Positions 1-15,305 of a DNA stretch of 64,000 nucleotides are shown piece by piece. Both the position numbers and the translations under genes were made by a program. The stretch is from Eledone cirrhosa (lineage: Eukaryota): NCBI GenBank assembly GCA_964016885.1, contig OZ024743.1, positions 342,736,001-342,800,000 of the forward strand, given 5' to 3'. Each line of letters opens with the position of its first letter. The stretch's first letter is position 1. Under the pieces are notes generated by a model, which was not told the DNA's origin, made no database searches, and saw only the letters and a program-made list of their open reading frames with translations.

Positions 1-99
1 ATACATAGAGCGCTTACTGGTATTGTTATAGTTCTCAACTTCCACATTTTTCCAATCTCTATTTCCAGGTCTTTATATTTGCTTAATTTTCCAAATGGA

Positions 100-778
100 T
101 TTCCGACACACGCGCACTAGCCTTCATTTTCGATGACTACAAGATCTTCCTATCACTTAGTTGGCCGGGAATGAGAGGTGAGGTGGCAGTACTGTTTAGG
201 AAAGGCCTGGATCTCGAAGTAAAGGCGATGTTCCTGGATCCGGACGGTAAGTTGATGGTCCTGGATGCGAGCAATAGCGAAGCTGGTGCCTTTACTGCTA
301 ACGGGGCACTGAAATGGCATCTTAGATGCTCGCTGAGATTGTGTGGGAGTAGCTGATAGGAGCTGAGTGTGCAAAATCCTCAAGTACCTGATCAGCCAGT
401 TTCAACTGTCTGACCGGTATCGACAAGACTTCCCTAATGCACCCAAACCAATCGCATAGGGTCATCTAGAGCGTTTATAGATAGGTTTTTCTGTAGGTAA
501 GGATAGTATAGGTTGTGCACATTTTTTCAATGCGAAACACGGAGGTTACCTTGTGAGAACTAAGGCGCGTGATCTAAGAAATGAGGGAATGAAAGCTATT
601 CGATGGGTCCGATTGGCGGAGGCATAGTGTGGTAACAAAACCACGATTCGGTCTTTGGCGGATCGAGACAAACGCGTACAGAACGATTTCAGGCAGATGT
701 GTGCGGCCTTTCGCCAGTACATTGTTCGGTTGTTCGGGGGAAGAGAGGAGTCGGAGGCGGTAGCAGGCTTCATACTGA
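100..778 (+). pseudogene. Degenerate fragment of Tx1/L1-type ORF2 (AP endonuclease and linker region)
   Basis: GEVAVLFRKGLDLEVKAMFLDPDGKLMVLD parallels GVSVLFRRSLDLEIRAIFLDPEVKLVVLE at ~2600; later segments match 3420-3630; many stops and deletions. Confidence 0.75.
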
Positions 779-779
779 T

Positions 780-2097
780 GTTATATTGAGACTTCGTTGC
801 ACCAGCAACAACAACAACTGCAATAATGACAACAACACCAATAACAACAGCAAGAACGACAATACTAACAACAACAGCAAGAAGGACAGCAACAAGAACA
901 ACAAAAGCAGCAGAAACGACGAAACCTCACAGCAGGCAGGAGTGGGCCCAGCTACATCATTCGCGAAGGCTGCCAAAAATGTTGAACGAGTACGCATCAG
1001 TGACATGGAGATGAGGCAGGCCAAGATGTTGGTCAAGAGAACCAGACACATGGTCAGAAACACCCACCCACCCGACGTCATAAAAAACTGACGTCTGTGT
1101 ACGGTCTTGTACCTACACTTGAACTTAAAACGTGCCGGGTGGAACGGGTGACCGAGTCCCAGGTCCAAAGGGCTATGGTGCCGTCTGGGTACAGACAACC
1201 TACATAGCGCGAGGATCAAAGTATGGCACCGTGGATGTTCTCTTCGCTACACCAGAAGAAGCCAAAGCACACTCCATTACGCCACTCCGCAGTGACGAAA
1301 TAGTGATGGTGTGCACATACTGCGATCAGAGAGTCGTGAGGGTCCGAGTGACCCAGGTTCCACCCTCGGTAGATATCGTTTGGCTTATTGCGGCCGTCTT
1401 CACTGATGTCGAGGAGTCAACAACAATCCTAGACCTCATACGTATAAGACAGGAAAACTGGGCAGGCTTGTGGGTGGAGCTAATCATCCAATCAAACCAT
1501 GAGAGCATAGAGCCCATCCCCGATGTGATCGACCTGGACGACGGCAACCATCTACCCGTGACTGTCGAAGGTTGACGCCCAAGGTTTCACTGGTGCGGAT
1601 ACAAAACACACCTTAAAGCCTTCTGACCCAAACTCACCAAGTCGGGCACGCGCTCCCCTTTCTCCCTGCGCCGTGCCTCGTAGTAGCAGCAAAACTACCT
1701 GCACCAGCGACACTAACGACAAAAACACCATTTCCACCACCATCAACAGCTCCAACAAAACCAATGGAGAGCATGCCCCTTCCCGGTATCGCTAGATCAA
1801 GTGTGTGGTGACGCTGAAGGGTGGAAAACGATCACAGCGAAAAGAAAAGCAAAGAGCTCCATACCTTCGCTCTCCAAAAAAAGAGGAGGAAAAAATGAAA
1901 AGTCAACTAGCCTATCGCGATCACCATCAACAGCCACACCCCACAACCACCTGCACCATCATCCCCACCACCACCACCATCATTATCATCTAACCCATCG
2001 TCAACACCAGCAACACCACAGCAAACACAGAAAGCACCAACATCCTAAAAGCAGACATAATACGGAGCTATTGACACAGACAACAAAAAGCTTTTAA
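780..2097 (+). pseudogene. ORF1 (gag-like nucleic-acid-binding protein) remnant
   Basis: Asn-rich N-terminus, SFA..AK motif, and VTVEG*RPRFHWCGYKTHLKAF*P resembling a decayed CCHC zinc knuckle; upstream of the APE ORF. Confidence 0.65.
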
Positions 2098-2398
2098 ATT
2101 ACATTCAACACAACACCAACATCACAAACAAATTACATACAAACCACCAAAATTGCACCTCCCACATATAAAGAGAACTGAAATCTCTCAGAAGAATTAC
2201 ACAATTAAAGAAAAAGTTACCCGCAACTGTTCGAGACTATCGAGCGACCCTCATGAAAAGAATTTATTCTGACATTCTCGTGGAGAAACCCGCCACTGGT
2301 CGGAGGGATGGATCACCCACCCCTTCCTAAAAAAAGCCAAAGGTAAAGTTTTATTTCACTTTTCCCCTCTCATTTGTTTTCCTCCTATCTTAGCCAAC

Positions 2399-4850
2399 AT
2401 GGTTTCTCTCAGGATATGCAGTATAAATGCACGTGGTCTGGGGTCGTCTTGGAAGCAGGGCCACCTGCTCAACGATCTCAGGTCGCTAAACATATATGTG
2501 GTGGCCATCAGCGAGACCAGAATCTCGAAGCACCGGCATTCGCACCCATTTTCAGCGGCTACGAGGTGTACACATCTCCAAGCCGTCCCGGATCTGGGGG
2601 AGGAGTGTCTGTATTATTCCGAAGAAGTCTGGATCTCGAGATACGGGCCATCTTCTTGGACCCAGAAGTTAAGTTGGTGGTGCTGGAAGTGACCAGCGGA
2701 GAAAGGTACGTTTCCAGGCTAGTAGCCGTCTATACCCTGACAGGGACGAGACGATCTGACTTCTTCCGGCGCCTACAGACCTTTCTTGGAACATCGCGCT
2801 CTTTAATGTTAGTGGGCGACTGGAACGGGATCTTGGATGCACGCTGGGACTGTGTGGGACTAGCAGATAGGAAAGGAAAGTGTAAAAGCCTCACAAAACT
2901 GCTAAAGTGTTTTCAACTGTTTGACTGGTACCGTCTGGATATCCTGAATGTGCCAATGTATACATGAACAAACCGCATCGAATCATCCAGATCGTATCTA
3001 TATAGGGTATTTTGTAAGTAAATAGATAGGTCTAGCTTAGGCTGTTCACAATTCAAGATAGTCGACTACACAGACAGCAAATGCGTGATCTGTGTGGTCA
3101 ACTTAGATAGGCTTCATAGGCAGGGACCCGGCTAGTGGAAGCTAAACGCGTCGCTGACGACGCACAAAGCCTACAGAGACCGGATTAGTGAACTAGTTAA
3201 GCAGGCGTTGACGGGGGCTGTCGTCAACAACAAATGGGGGTTGGCCCTCAGAAAGGCCATTAAAATACATTCCATTAGGTTTAGTAAGGAGTTAGCAATA
3301 GAGAAAAATAGAGCAGAGGGATAACTAGTAAGAAAACTAGACGAGGCGCTTAGCAAAGGCATCGCGACCGACGTGCTTGCGGCGAGATTAGCCATTGACA
3401 AATTCTTCAACGCAAAGCACGAAGGCTGCGTTGCCAGAGCTAGGGCACGTGCTCTCTGACACGAGGGGGCGAAAGCCGTTCGATAGGCCCGTGTGGTGGA
3501 GGCGCGTCGTGGCAACAAAGCCACGATCCAGTATTTGGAGGACCACGACGGGCGCATGTTACTCGATCCTGGGCAGATGTGTGCGGCTTTTCAGCGATAC
3601 TTCGCTTAGCTGTTTGGGGACCGAGGTGAGCCGCATCGCCAAATGGACTTTAGTGCCTACCTCTCGGTCACTGGTGCGGAGTGTTGCGAAAAGCCGATAA
3701 CAGCCGCTGAAATGCGGGTTGCAGTGACTGATGGCACGATTGGTAAATCGCCTGGTTTGGATGGTCTGCCCTGTGAGCTTTACGTACGCATGCCAGACTT
3801 GTTCGGCGACCTCTTGGCGGACGTCTATTGCAACTGGCAGCAGAACGGGGGAATTCCCAGAACTGGGATGCCGGAGACCCGTGTCAGCATATGCCGACGA
3901 CGTCACCGAAGTGGTGTCGAATGCCAAACACATCGAGGCGATCGACACTACACTAAGAGAATACGAGGCGGTGTCAGGAGCAATGATTAACCAGGAAAAG
4001 TCAGTGGGTCTGCGGCTCGGCACCTGTAGAGGCAGGTCCATGCCATCCAACAGCGTCGTCGGATGCTGGACGGACCGGTTAAATTACTAGGGACCTTGTT
4101 CGGTTCGGACCGCCAAACGGACAAAAACTGGGACGAGGTGACGTGCAGAGTGGCCTCTCTCACCCAGAAATGGACAGAGAGAAAGCTATCCCTGAAAGAT
4201 TCGTCATCTACTTCCGCCTGCCCGTCGTGCCGTGTCCTAAGCCTCGCCTGACTGCGTTGGAACGTTTGCTCTTTCGCTTTTTGTGGAAGGGACGTACTCC
4301 GATGGTCAGGCAGTCCATTTTCTATCAACAGCCGCTGCGTTGAGGGCTGGGCATGCTGTGGCTGATGATGCGCAAAGGTTACAGCAAAGATGCGCTAAGG
4401 TTACAGCATCTCCACCTCTTCCTCGACGGTGATCAGGTGTGGTCGCAGTTTGCTAGACGCATTTTTCCCCAGCTCATTTCCTTGGTGGAGCTGCAGTCCT
4501 AGATCAAGCGAAGAACGAGGAGTGCTTGGAGATTGGAATGTCTTCAGGACATCACAGCCTTCGACCAGTCGGGCAATGCGATGGGTAGAAACTCCACCTT
4601 GGCGTTCTATAGAGAGTTAGTGGAGGGAAAGAGCGACGATATCCTTGGAGAGACTCTGGACGTCGATCAACAGGCCAATTTCTTCTGGGGAACTTTCGGG
4701 CCGGGGCACATGGAAAATTTCCAGAAATCCCTGGCCTGGCAGTGCTACCGGGGAGCTTTCTCAGTTCGGGATAAACTATACAGGCATGGAAGTGCCGTCA
4801 GAGTGGAGAGGGAAGTGCTCTCTTCCCAGCAGTTTGTTGAAAGGTGACTG
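2399..4850 (+). pseudogene. ORF2 remnant: AP endonuclease plus internally deleted reverse transcriptase
   Basis: SINARGL...ISETR, GGGVSVLF, LVGDWN (APE); KSPGLDGLP, SAYADDVT, SGAMINQEKS (RT); stops and frameshifts. Confidence 0.9.
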
Positions 4851-5583
4851 AATGGGCCTGCTCTGAGTGTGCGCCTGTAGATTGGAAGCGGAGAACTGGG
4901 AGGGGGCTCTTGCCCTAGTGGTCAGGGTCACCATGGCTTTTTTAATGGGATTTCTCTGCGAGTGACTCTCGGATGATTCCCCCCTATTGGGGAATTTTCC
5001 GTTATTTCTTTTTTTGTTATTTCCTTTGTTCTTTACAAGCAAAAATGCCCATTTGTACCGTCCTGTGCTGTCCTGTGCTGTCCTTAATGTTATATTTATG
5101 TCGACCCTTGTGGTTAATAAAGAAACCATTATTATTCAGGGTTTGGATCGCTGCGATATACAGCGACATCTGCCACTTGAAGAGAAAAATCAGGGTGGAG
5201 AGGCAAGTACAGTCTTCTAGCAAGTTTGTTGAAAGGTGGGTGAATGTAGTGAGAATGGTCCGAGTCAACGGATATACGCTTGTAGTTTGAGGAATGGGAA
5301 AAAATTGAGAAAGGGCGCTTGCCGTGGTGGTCAGGGTGCCCGTGGTCTTTTGTGTGGTTTTCGCCACAAGTAACCCTCGGAGGTTTCCCCCCTATTGGTG
5401 AATTTTTCATTGTTTGAATTTTCATTTTTATTGTTTATATATATATATATGTTTCTATGTCCTTTTTTTCTTTTCTTATATAAATAATAAAAATATTTAC
5501 ACGCACAAAATCCACATCGTACCGTCCTGTGCCGTCTGTAATAATTTTCTTGATGTCAGCCCTTGTGGCCAATAAATAAATCA

Positions 5584-5637
<54 letters not shown>

Positions 5638-5814
5638 CACTTCAAAAATAAGAAAAAGAAGCAAAAGAAGAAGAAAACTTCTTCTTTTGCTTCTTTTTCT
5701 TATTTTTGTTTATGTGATACTTGTTTTAAATGGCCCAGAAAATATTTCGTGGAAATATTTATATTTGGCAGTATTCCATAAATATATAATTTGTTTTTAT
5801 TTATATATGCATGA

Positions 5815-5880
<66 letters not shown>

Positions 5881-6624
5881 TCACATACTCTGCATCTGTT
5901 TAACCCCAGGTACAATGAGTAGGACAGTGACAGGCACGATGCTGTAGTACCATACATTGCGTGAAGCACCTCGTGGTATTGTAATTTCATCAACTTATTA
6001 ATATATATATATATATGTGTGTGTGAGAGTGTGTGTGTGTGTGTGTGAACGTATGTGTGTGTATGTGCGTGTGCATGTGTGTGCGTATAATTATCACACA
6101 CACAGCATCACCGATAGACTCAGACGCTCTACCACCGCTTCTGCACACACAGCCGCGCATGCAGGACTCCCTGTATACCTGCATACGTGACCACCTCATC
6201 CCTCTTGATAAACCAGTCCCGAGTCTTTCTTTTTCATTCAACCTCTTCACTTTCCTAACTATCCTCTTCCCTGGTAAAGAAATAACGTTCGATACGTTGA
6301 GAGATGTTTCCCTTTCCCACAAGCGAGAAACTGATAAGACTTTGTGAAATTATTCTCCGTACATACCTTCTTTTTTAACCTTAAACTATATATGTATATA
6401 TATGTGTATATGTAAAATATGTAGTTTAGAAAGCCACAACAATGCAGATGAGAAATCTCGAGGTAGGAAGTGAGTGAGAAATAGGAGAAAAGTGAAAATT
6501 GAGAGAAACGAAAAACGAAAACAAAACAAAGGTAGAAGGGTTACCGTAGTGGAGATTTTTGTGTATATGTATGTGTATATGTATATATATATATATGTAT
6601 ATGTATATATACATATATATATAT

Positions 6625-8400
6625 CAATGGAATATAACGTCCAATTACAGTAGGTTCACCAGAGAGAGCACTCGATGCGTAGTTTCCAGTCTGTAAAGAG
6701 GTGTAAAACTAAGCAGAGTGTAATTATAAAAATAATAATAATAGGGGCGATTTTTTATGTCTTCATTACTTTTATTGGGTAGTGACGCACGTTTCACTAT
6801 TGATTATCTCAAGGTTCAATCTGTATCGATCTAGCCCGACTCTGGAATCAAAAGCTCGTCGGACCTCTGCTGTGATAATGACAGAATGAACCTGTAGGGC
6901 GTAGAAAGGACTATAACGATGCACATTCATTTATGGTGGTCAGTTAATGTTGTTTTGTTTGGTGGTTTTACTATAAGAAATGTTTTGGTATGTGTGATAG
7001 GTGGGGAGAAGGATTATAATGAAGAGGTGGTGGTAGGAAGCGATTGTTGGTGTGAGTTACGGGGGTGTTTTAGCTGTTTCATAGACTTTGTGGCATATAT
7101 GTAGTGAAACGAGGGTGCTGGTTGTGGGTGTGGGTTGATTATGTGCTATACGTGATGGGAGATGAAAGAGTGCGGTGCTGTACTAAGGGAGGGGGTTGTT
7201 GATCAGAGGTTTGTCGAAGAGGAATAAAAGAAAATAAATAAAAGTAAATTAAACCTAGGTTAAGAATGAAGCTTTGGTGGGTGGGGGGTCTAGCGTTTTC
7301 TGTGGTGTGCTTAGTATGTAAACTATCTATATTCTTAAAGGTTTTTTTTTTAGGTACTAGAAAAAAAGTGATTAAGGATTGTGGCTAGTGTGTGAAATGA
7401 ATATAAATAAAGAGATGAATAAATAAATGAAATAGTTGCTACACTAACTATATGGGCTAATTTATATACAGATACACACACACACATACACACACACGTG
7501 CGCGCGCATACACACACACACATACACACACACACTCGTATACGTAGCCACAGACACCCACCCACGTGTATATACATACACATGTCTGCACCCCAGTATA
7601 TACACACACTCAGATATATACGTGCTCATGGGCCCAGACGTTCATACAACTATATCCGTCTGTAAGCTTGTATCCATATATATATATACAGACGCAAGTA
7701 TATGTGTATGTACTAGCAGTATGCCTAGATAAATATCATAGAGAAATATATGGTAGTAAAAATATTTAGTTGGATATGTATAAAAAGGGTGAAAATGTTA
7801 ATAGGAAATAAATGTAATAATAACGATGATAAAATTGGTGATACAAATGAAAGTAATGATAATAATTATGGTAATTAATAGGATGCTGGTGGTGTATGTG
7901 GGTGTCTGGTGAGTGCTGTGTGCGTTTATGTGGGTGAGAGTGGTGAATACATGGTGATATGTTTAATAATAAGGGACATGATAAAGAATATAATATTAAC
8001 AAGAATAATAATGGTAATGAGTGTAACAGTGGTAATGAAGACGATGATAAAATTGAGGAGCTATGATAATAATTGTGGTAGTTAATAGGATGTTGTGTAC
8101 GTGACTATCGTTGTCTCTGTTCAGGTGGTTAGGTTTTTGGTCTGTCCGTGGTTTATGCCCGAATACCACGGCAGAGAATGTATGCTTTTTGTGTGTTTGC
8201 AGTTCACGAAGAGTTTCAATTTTAAATTAATAGCCGATTTTAATTTAATGATCTCTGGTGATTTCGCCAGGCATAACCTGCAGTGGCTTTCTCTGGTGGA
8301 ATGTTGGGCTACGAGTCTCCTTACCGACCTTTTGATTTGGTATTTCAGGTTTCTATTATGTATATAACGAACAGCAGAGGACACGTTTCGCACCTTTCCG
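6625..8400 (-). mobile_element. 5'-truncated Penelope-like element: GIY-YIG C-terminus, 3' UTR and HHR
   Basis: 8121-8370 minus reads LKYQIKRSV...CRLCLA...INLKLKLFVNCKH, matching the nuclease end of the other PLEs; HHR-like motif then AATAAA near 6780. Confidence 0.7.
6781..6865 (-). ncRNA. HHR-like motif, CCGACGA core, long helix II
   Basis: ggt CCGACGA gct...agt GAAA cgtgcg TC act; related copy at 61273-61360. Confidence 0.55.
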
Positions 8401-8512
8401 ACAGACAACCTCCTCCCCCCCGAAAAAAAAACCCACTTGATGGATGTGAATCAGAAATATATAGGGACAATTAAATCTCTCCCACGGAAACTCTTTCTCG
8501 TATTTTTATTTT

Positions 8513-8776
8513 TATTTTTATCCTTTACGCTCTTTCCTTCATTCCTCTACACGCTACAGTCTTATACACGCCACGCATCTCAACGTACACCCACTTACAT
8601 CTCTCTCTCCACCACCGGATCTTGTTACCCGGAGATTCTTGTTACCCGGTAAATCTCCGGGTAACAAGATCCAGTGGTGGAGAGAGAGATGTAAGTGGGT
8701 GTGCGTTGAGATGCGTGGCGTGTATAAGACTGTAGCGTGTAGAGGAATGAAGTAAAGAGCGTAAAGGATAAAAATA
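8513..8776. repeat. Near-perfect fold-back, ~125-bp arms, abutting (TA)n
   Basis: 8513-8638 is the reverse complement of 8652-8776; cttgttacccgg duplicated at the apex. Confidence 0.9.
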
Positions 8777-9001
8777 TATATATATATATATATATATGGT
8801 AAATATATATATATATGGTAAATATATATATATATATATATATTTATACACAGTTCAAGAGTAACCAATCTTAAAGAGAGAGCTGGAGATAGTAGAGGAG
8901 AGATTGGTGAGTTAGTTAGAAGCCAAACTAAAATATGTTGACAATCTTTTAATAATGTCTTCGTTGTGAAATTTGTGGTTGGTCTTGTTTTGCTTAACTA
9001 A

Positions 9002-9179
<178 letters not shown>

Positions 9180-9347
9180 GAATTTAAATGGATACAGTTC
9201 AGTTAAAAGGAATTTATTGACACGTGTTTCAATAACAGTTACATAACCTGAAAACAGCTGCTACTACAACTGGAACCGTCGAGCAAACTCTACGTGAGCT
9301 GTCCATCTACTGTGTGTAATATTCATATTACAACACTACGGAAAATA

Positions 9348-9385
<38 letters not shown>

Positions 9386-9654
9386 TAAATATATATATAT
9401 ATATATGTATATATATACGATAATGTTTCATACACTTAACGTGTATATTGGACGAGGCACTTACAAACTGACCCCCAAATTTGTCCGCGAGCCTCGCGAT
9501 GAGGGATCAGTTTGGAAGTACCTCCTCCAATATACATTGGTGGCCAGAACTGAACCCGAAGCCAATGGGCGCACATACATGTTAAGTATAAGAAACATTA
9601 TTTCTTCCAATAGATTGCGCATTGATCTCCTTGATCTTTCATCTACGGATATCC

Positions 9655-9745
<91 letters not shown>

Positions 9746-9855
9746 ATATATATATAGTGGTAGAACACTGGAAGGTAATATCCGTAGTGGTAGACCACTC
9801 AGTCCATGGGATGAGTTAGGTAGAAGTGATTACACAACAGTTAGTTCACCATACT

Positions 9856-9891
9856 GAGAACAATTGTTTCACCTTAGCGGATCCTCAGCTC
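9856..9891 (-). ncRNA. Minimal type I HHR in a ~170-bp insert between (TA)n tracts
   Basis: gag CTGAGGA tcc gctaa ggt GAAA caattg TT ctc; palindromic helix III. Confidence 0.7.
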
Positions 9892-9923
9892 GTAATGGAC
9901 TTGGTTATACGGACCGTATAACC

Positions 9924-9955
<32 letters not shown>

Positions 9956-10063
9956 GTATATGAAACTATTCAGGATATATATATATATTTTTTTTTTTAA
10001 CCGCTGGTCAATCAATGATAAACATTGATTGCCAAATAAATTAACTATGGAGATATAAAAGAT

Positions 10064-10450
10064 ATGTTATTATTTCTGGCAATATTATGTAAAGTAAACC
10101 CCCAGATAAACTGTAAAACTAGAAATGTAGTCTATAGCATAAGATGTACAGAGGGTACTTGCAGAAAGCTGACAACAACATACATAGGCGAGAAAGCCCG
10201 AAGCATGGGAGAAAGGATAGACAAACACTGGGGGGAATTAAAAGGATGAAAAAACGGTTCAGTACTATACGAACACGCCAGACAAAGACATGGCGGTAAT
10301 ATAGACAACATAAAAATTAAAATAATACCTAAACATAGAAACGACCCAGCAGGTAGGGAAATCAGATAGGCAAGCGAAATAGAGCTTAGAAGGCCAAAGC
10401 TAAACAGAAAAAATGAATGGAATAACAACACCCAAACAAACAATACTGAC
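10064..10450 (+). pseudogene. GIY-YIG endonuclease fragment of a second PLE lineage
   Basis: CKTRNVVYSIRC...C...YIGEKARSMGERIDKH then HARQRH...PKLNRKNEW; internal stops. Confidence 0.8.
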
Positions 10451-10462
10451 TTAAGAGAAAAA

Positions 10463-10493
<31 letters not shown>

Positions 10494-10565
10494 GTAAATA
10501 TTTACACAAGCACAATAACAACAAACACATATAAACACACACAAGTAAACTAAGATAGAATACAA

Positions 10566-10671
10566 TAATTGTTTCTACGTTAGGCACAAGGCCAGCAAAT
10601 TACCCAGTGCATTACTGGTACTTTATTTTATCGACCCCGTAAGGATGAAAGGCAAAGTCAACCTCGGCGGG
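10566..10671 (-). mobile_element. SINE 3' fragment (same family as 12531-12755)
   Basis: ttttatcgaccccgtaaggatgaaaggcaaagtcaacctcggcggga shared with other copies. Confidence 0.8.
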
Positions 10672-12530
10672 ATAGAATACAATAATAAATTATAAACATT
10701 GAGGACCAAATGAATTAACTGTAGATATATAAAAGATACAGAAGCGAAACCAAACCAAACAGTGAGTGTGTTCTGTTATTATTTCTGGCAATATTACAAC
10801 AATATGTCCCTCCCCAAGTATAACAATATTTATATATATGATATATATGAAGTATAAGTTTAAAATTATGTGTGTGTATGTAAATAATTCTAATATGCAC
10901 ATTATTTAAGATATCTTTGGCTGCTATTCCTAGTATTTCAGTGTGTTTGGGTGCACTCTTTGATCGTCCATCATTCTATAGTTATCTTTGTAAGAAATGT
11001 TTTTCAATAACTATCTGAAGCTTTGGATTGTGGCATTTCTTCAGATTAATTTTTTTTTCTGTTAGATAAATTGAATCTACTAGTTCGTTTCTATTTCTTA
11101 AAACAGAAACGCACCGGTGGATACATTTTATCGCTATAGCTATATCTCTTTGTTCGCTCATATAACCGAAAGAAAAACATTTGCTTTACATAAATATATT
11201 TCAGAAAGGTACCTTATCTATTCTGTTAATTCAATAATTGTATTCTTTTTAAAAACTTTATCAGCAAATAGACATATGTGTATGTTATCTTTGTTTATGA
11301 ATCACTTGTTGAACGTAGTGGATTGGCTGATTTGTCAGAGAAACGGACGAGAAGTTTTGTGATATTTGTATTTGTAATATTTGCCTTCTATATTAAAACT
11401 CCGATTCTTATCACCGGCCTAAAAACGAGGCTTTCGGAACCCAGATAAATGTGATAGAACTGACAAAGTTACGTATCGATTAGTGCAACGTCTTGACTGC
11501 ATCAATATGTATTACAACGAGGCCCTGAATTGAAGCGCAGTAAAAGTAAGGGCAGAAATCTTCATTTTTTTTTTATTTCAATTCTAAATCACTTTAATGA
11601 TATGCGACATTATATCCGCAGTCTAATATATTAAACTAGTATAAGAATAAAAGAATATGATTGTATGTACACTTTATTTAATCTTTTGAATGATAAAGAG
11701 GAACATATATTTTATTCAATGAATCCCTTCACAGTTTGCTGCAAGTAATTAATTATGAATCTGAAAAATGATCATCTGCAAATGTTTCATGGGTATCCTT
11801 GAGTAAATAATTATAAAACGTTGGCGAAATTATGTAATGTTTTGAACCTATTTTGTAGACGGGAGTATCATATCATTTTATTGACTTCAACATTAAATTT
11901 ATGTAGTAAAAGTAAAGTTAATAACTATTTTTTATTTTCAAAAGTTTTATAAAAGCAGCCTAAAGTTTGAAAAAATAAATTTATAATTTTACTTATGTAA
12001 CATTACCTTATGTTATCCACTATTGCCAACGTGTACTTCCAAAATGACATGTCATATGACGGATAGCTATTTAGAGTATATATGTGTGTCTGTATGTGTG
12101 TGCGGGGGGGGGGGGGGAGAAAGAAAGTGAGTGTGCGTGTATGTGTGTCAGTGTGATAGTGTGTTTGATATTTGATCCGGGTCGCTGCACTCAGAGTTCA
12201 AATGCCTGGGATACACTTTGCCTTTCATCCTTTTGGGGTCGATAAAAAAAATGCCAGCCCAGTGCTAGTGCAGCTCTTTCTCTCTCTCTTCTTCTAGTTG
12301 TCACAGCCTGGATATTCTACAGGATCAAAAAAGGAAGAGTCGAGTCAATGTCTGTAACTGCTTGCAACTACATAGGAACCTAAAGCTCCGAGCGAAAGCT
12401 TAGTGCATACTATCAAGTTAGGAGGGTTTGTGGTTTGTCTCGCACACAAACCACAAGTCCTCCATCTCAATTCTATAAAAACACATGCATCAGATGAGTT
12501 TCATTTCAGTTTTATTATTATTTGGGTACA

Positions 12531-12755
12531 AGGCGCAAGATTGGCAGTAGCGGTAGAGCATCGGACTAAATGCTTTGCAGTATTTAGTCCTGGCGCATTA
12601 CGATCTGAATTCAAATCCTGGCGAGGTTAGCTTTGCCTTTCATCCTTACGGGGTCGATAAAATAAAGTAACAATAACTCACTGCGGGGCGATTTAGTCTA
12701 CTTTCCCCTTCCCTCCAAATTGCTAGGCTTGTGCTAAATGTAGAAACAATTATTA
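12531..12755 (+). mobile_element. tRNA-derived SINE, near full length (octopus OK-like family, inferred); a fragment also lies at ~12185-12265
   Basis: A-box-like tggcagtagcgg, B-box-like gaattcaaatcc, body ctttgcctttcatccttacggggtcgataaaata, tail agaaacaattatta; multiple dispersed copies. Confidence 0.8.
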
Positions 12756-13151
12756 GTCAGGTAATAAATCCATTCCAGTTATTAACTTGTCAAATCTTTT
12801 TCGTCACATATTGGCGATGGCTATTCTTGCCCCTATGTGGCTATTCTTGCCCCTATGTGTCACGTCTTCCTTTTGATTTTGTTTTACTTACTCCATCTTG
12901 ATTTTCTGTGGTATCATATATGCATGTGTGTGAATGTGTGTGTGTGTGTTCCCATGGTGTTTTGTGTGTACGTTTGTCTTTATATACTGCTACTTTCAAA
13001 AGTGTCCGTTTGGTATGTTTAAGTGTGTGTGTATATCTTTATATCCTGTTTCTTCCCCAAAATGTTTGCGTTTATCTTTATATGCATGTGATGCATTTGT
13101 GTATATCTACCACTACACATGTCTGTCTGTATATATATATATATATATATA

Positions 13152-13228
13152 GCCAATATAGATATAGCTCAATAGCCAGAAATAGTTGTCGAAACGGCTT
13201 GAGGTCTGCGTCGTGGTCTTGAACATTT

Positions 13229-13294
<66 letters not shown>

Positions 13295-13467
13295 AAATGT
13301 TCAAGACCACGACGGCAGACCTCAAGCCGTTTCGACAATTGTTTCTGGCTATTGAGTAGTTCTACTGTCGGGGTCTTGATCATTTTTCTATTACCAACAC
13401 TACTAGCCAAAGTATCGAGTACTCTGGTGCGTTATGGTCCATATGGTTGCTTACCTCACTACTTTCG

Positions 13468-13470
<3 letters not shown>
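13152..13470. mobile_element. Fold-back half-hammerhead element, two pieces mirrored around (TA)n
   Basis: 13166-13230 is the reverse complement of 13292-13356; tail gagtactctggtgcgttatggtcc shared with copies at 22894, 33021 and 61447. Confidence 0.75.
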
Positions 13471-14315
<845 letters not shown>

Positions 14316-14399
14316 ATATATATATATATGTAGAAGTTATATTTAATTTGTTGGGATACAACAAGCAAATATTTTTATAACTGATATAAAGAACTCAAG

Positions 14400-14517
<118 letters not shown>

Positions 14518-14879
14518 GAGAGAGAAGTTATATATATATATATATGTAGAAGTTATATTTAATTTGTTGGGATACAACAACCAAATATTTTTATAACTGA
14601 TATAAAGCACTCAACAAATTATTGGAGTAAAAATACAATATATTAACAAATAGAAACTATATTTATAAAAGCATACACGTATATACATACACATATATAT
14701 ACACATACATATACACACATATATATATATACATACATACACATATACATACACGTACAAATACACATACATATACATGTACATACATACACACATATAT
14801 ATCAACATATCCATACATACTCATACACAAAAATACACAAACACACACACACATGTATATATATATATATATATACGAC

Positions 14880-14925
<46 letters not shown>

Positions 14926-14956
14926 AGTGTAATTTTCTACACAAAGCGAAGGTTAT

Positions 14957-15210
14957 AGAGAAAATTGAGGTTGGAATATATAAGAGACAGAATACTTTTT
15001 TGTGAAAAAACATAATTTTATAAGGTAAGGAAATAATAAAGGGTAAGGAAATAATAAAGGTTAAGGAAATAATAAAGGGTAAGGAAATAATAAAGGGCAT
15101 AAAAAATTTTTTATACCCTTTATTATTTCCTTACCTTATAAAATTATGTTTTTTCACAAAAAAGTATTCTGTCTCTTATATATTCCATGTGCCATTACCA
15201 ACCTCAATTT

Positions 15211-15213
<3 letters not shown>
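14957..15213. repeat. Fold-back with four tandem aaggaaataataaaggg units near the apex
   Basis: 14957-15045 is the reverse complement of 15114-15213. Confidence 0.8.
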
Positions 15214-15255
<42 letters not shown>

Positions 15256-15270
15256 ATATATATTTATATA

Positions 15271-15305
<35 letters not shown>

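Larger units (their letters stand above)
780..5636 (+). mobile_element. Decayed Tx1/L1-clade non-LTR retrotransposon with duplicated 3' end
   Basis: ORF1-like region, APE and RT remnants, AATAAA at 5116 and 5571 each followed by (TTA)n. Confidence 0.85.

Noticed and set aside
9215-9350. GAAA cacgtg TC aataaa half-hammerhead on the minus strand
   Set aside because: No matching core or helix I strand found upstream; probably truncated
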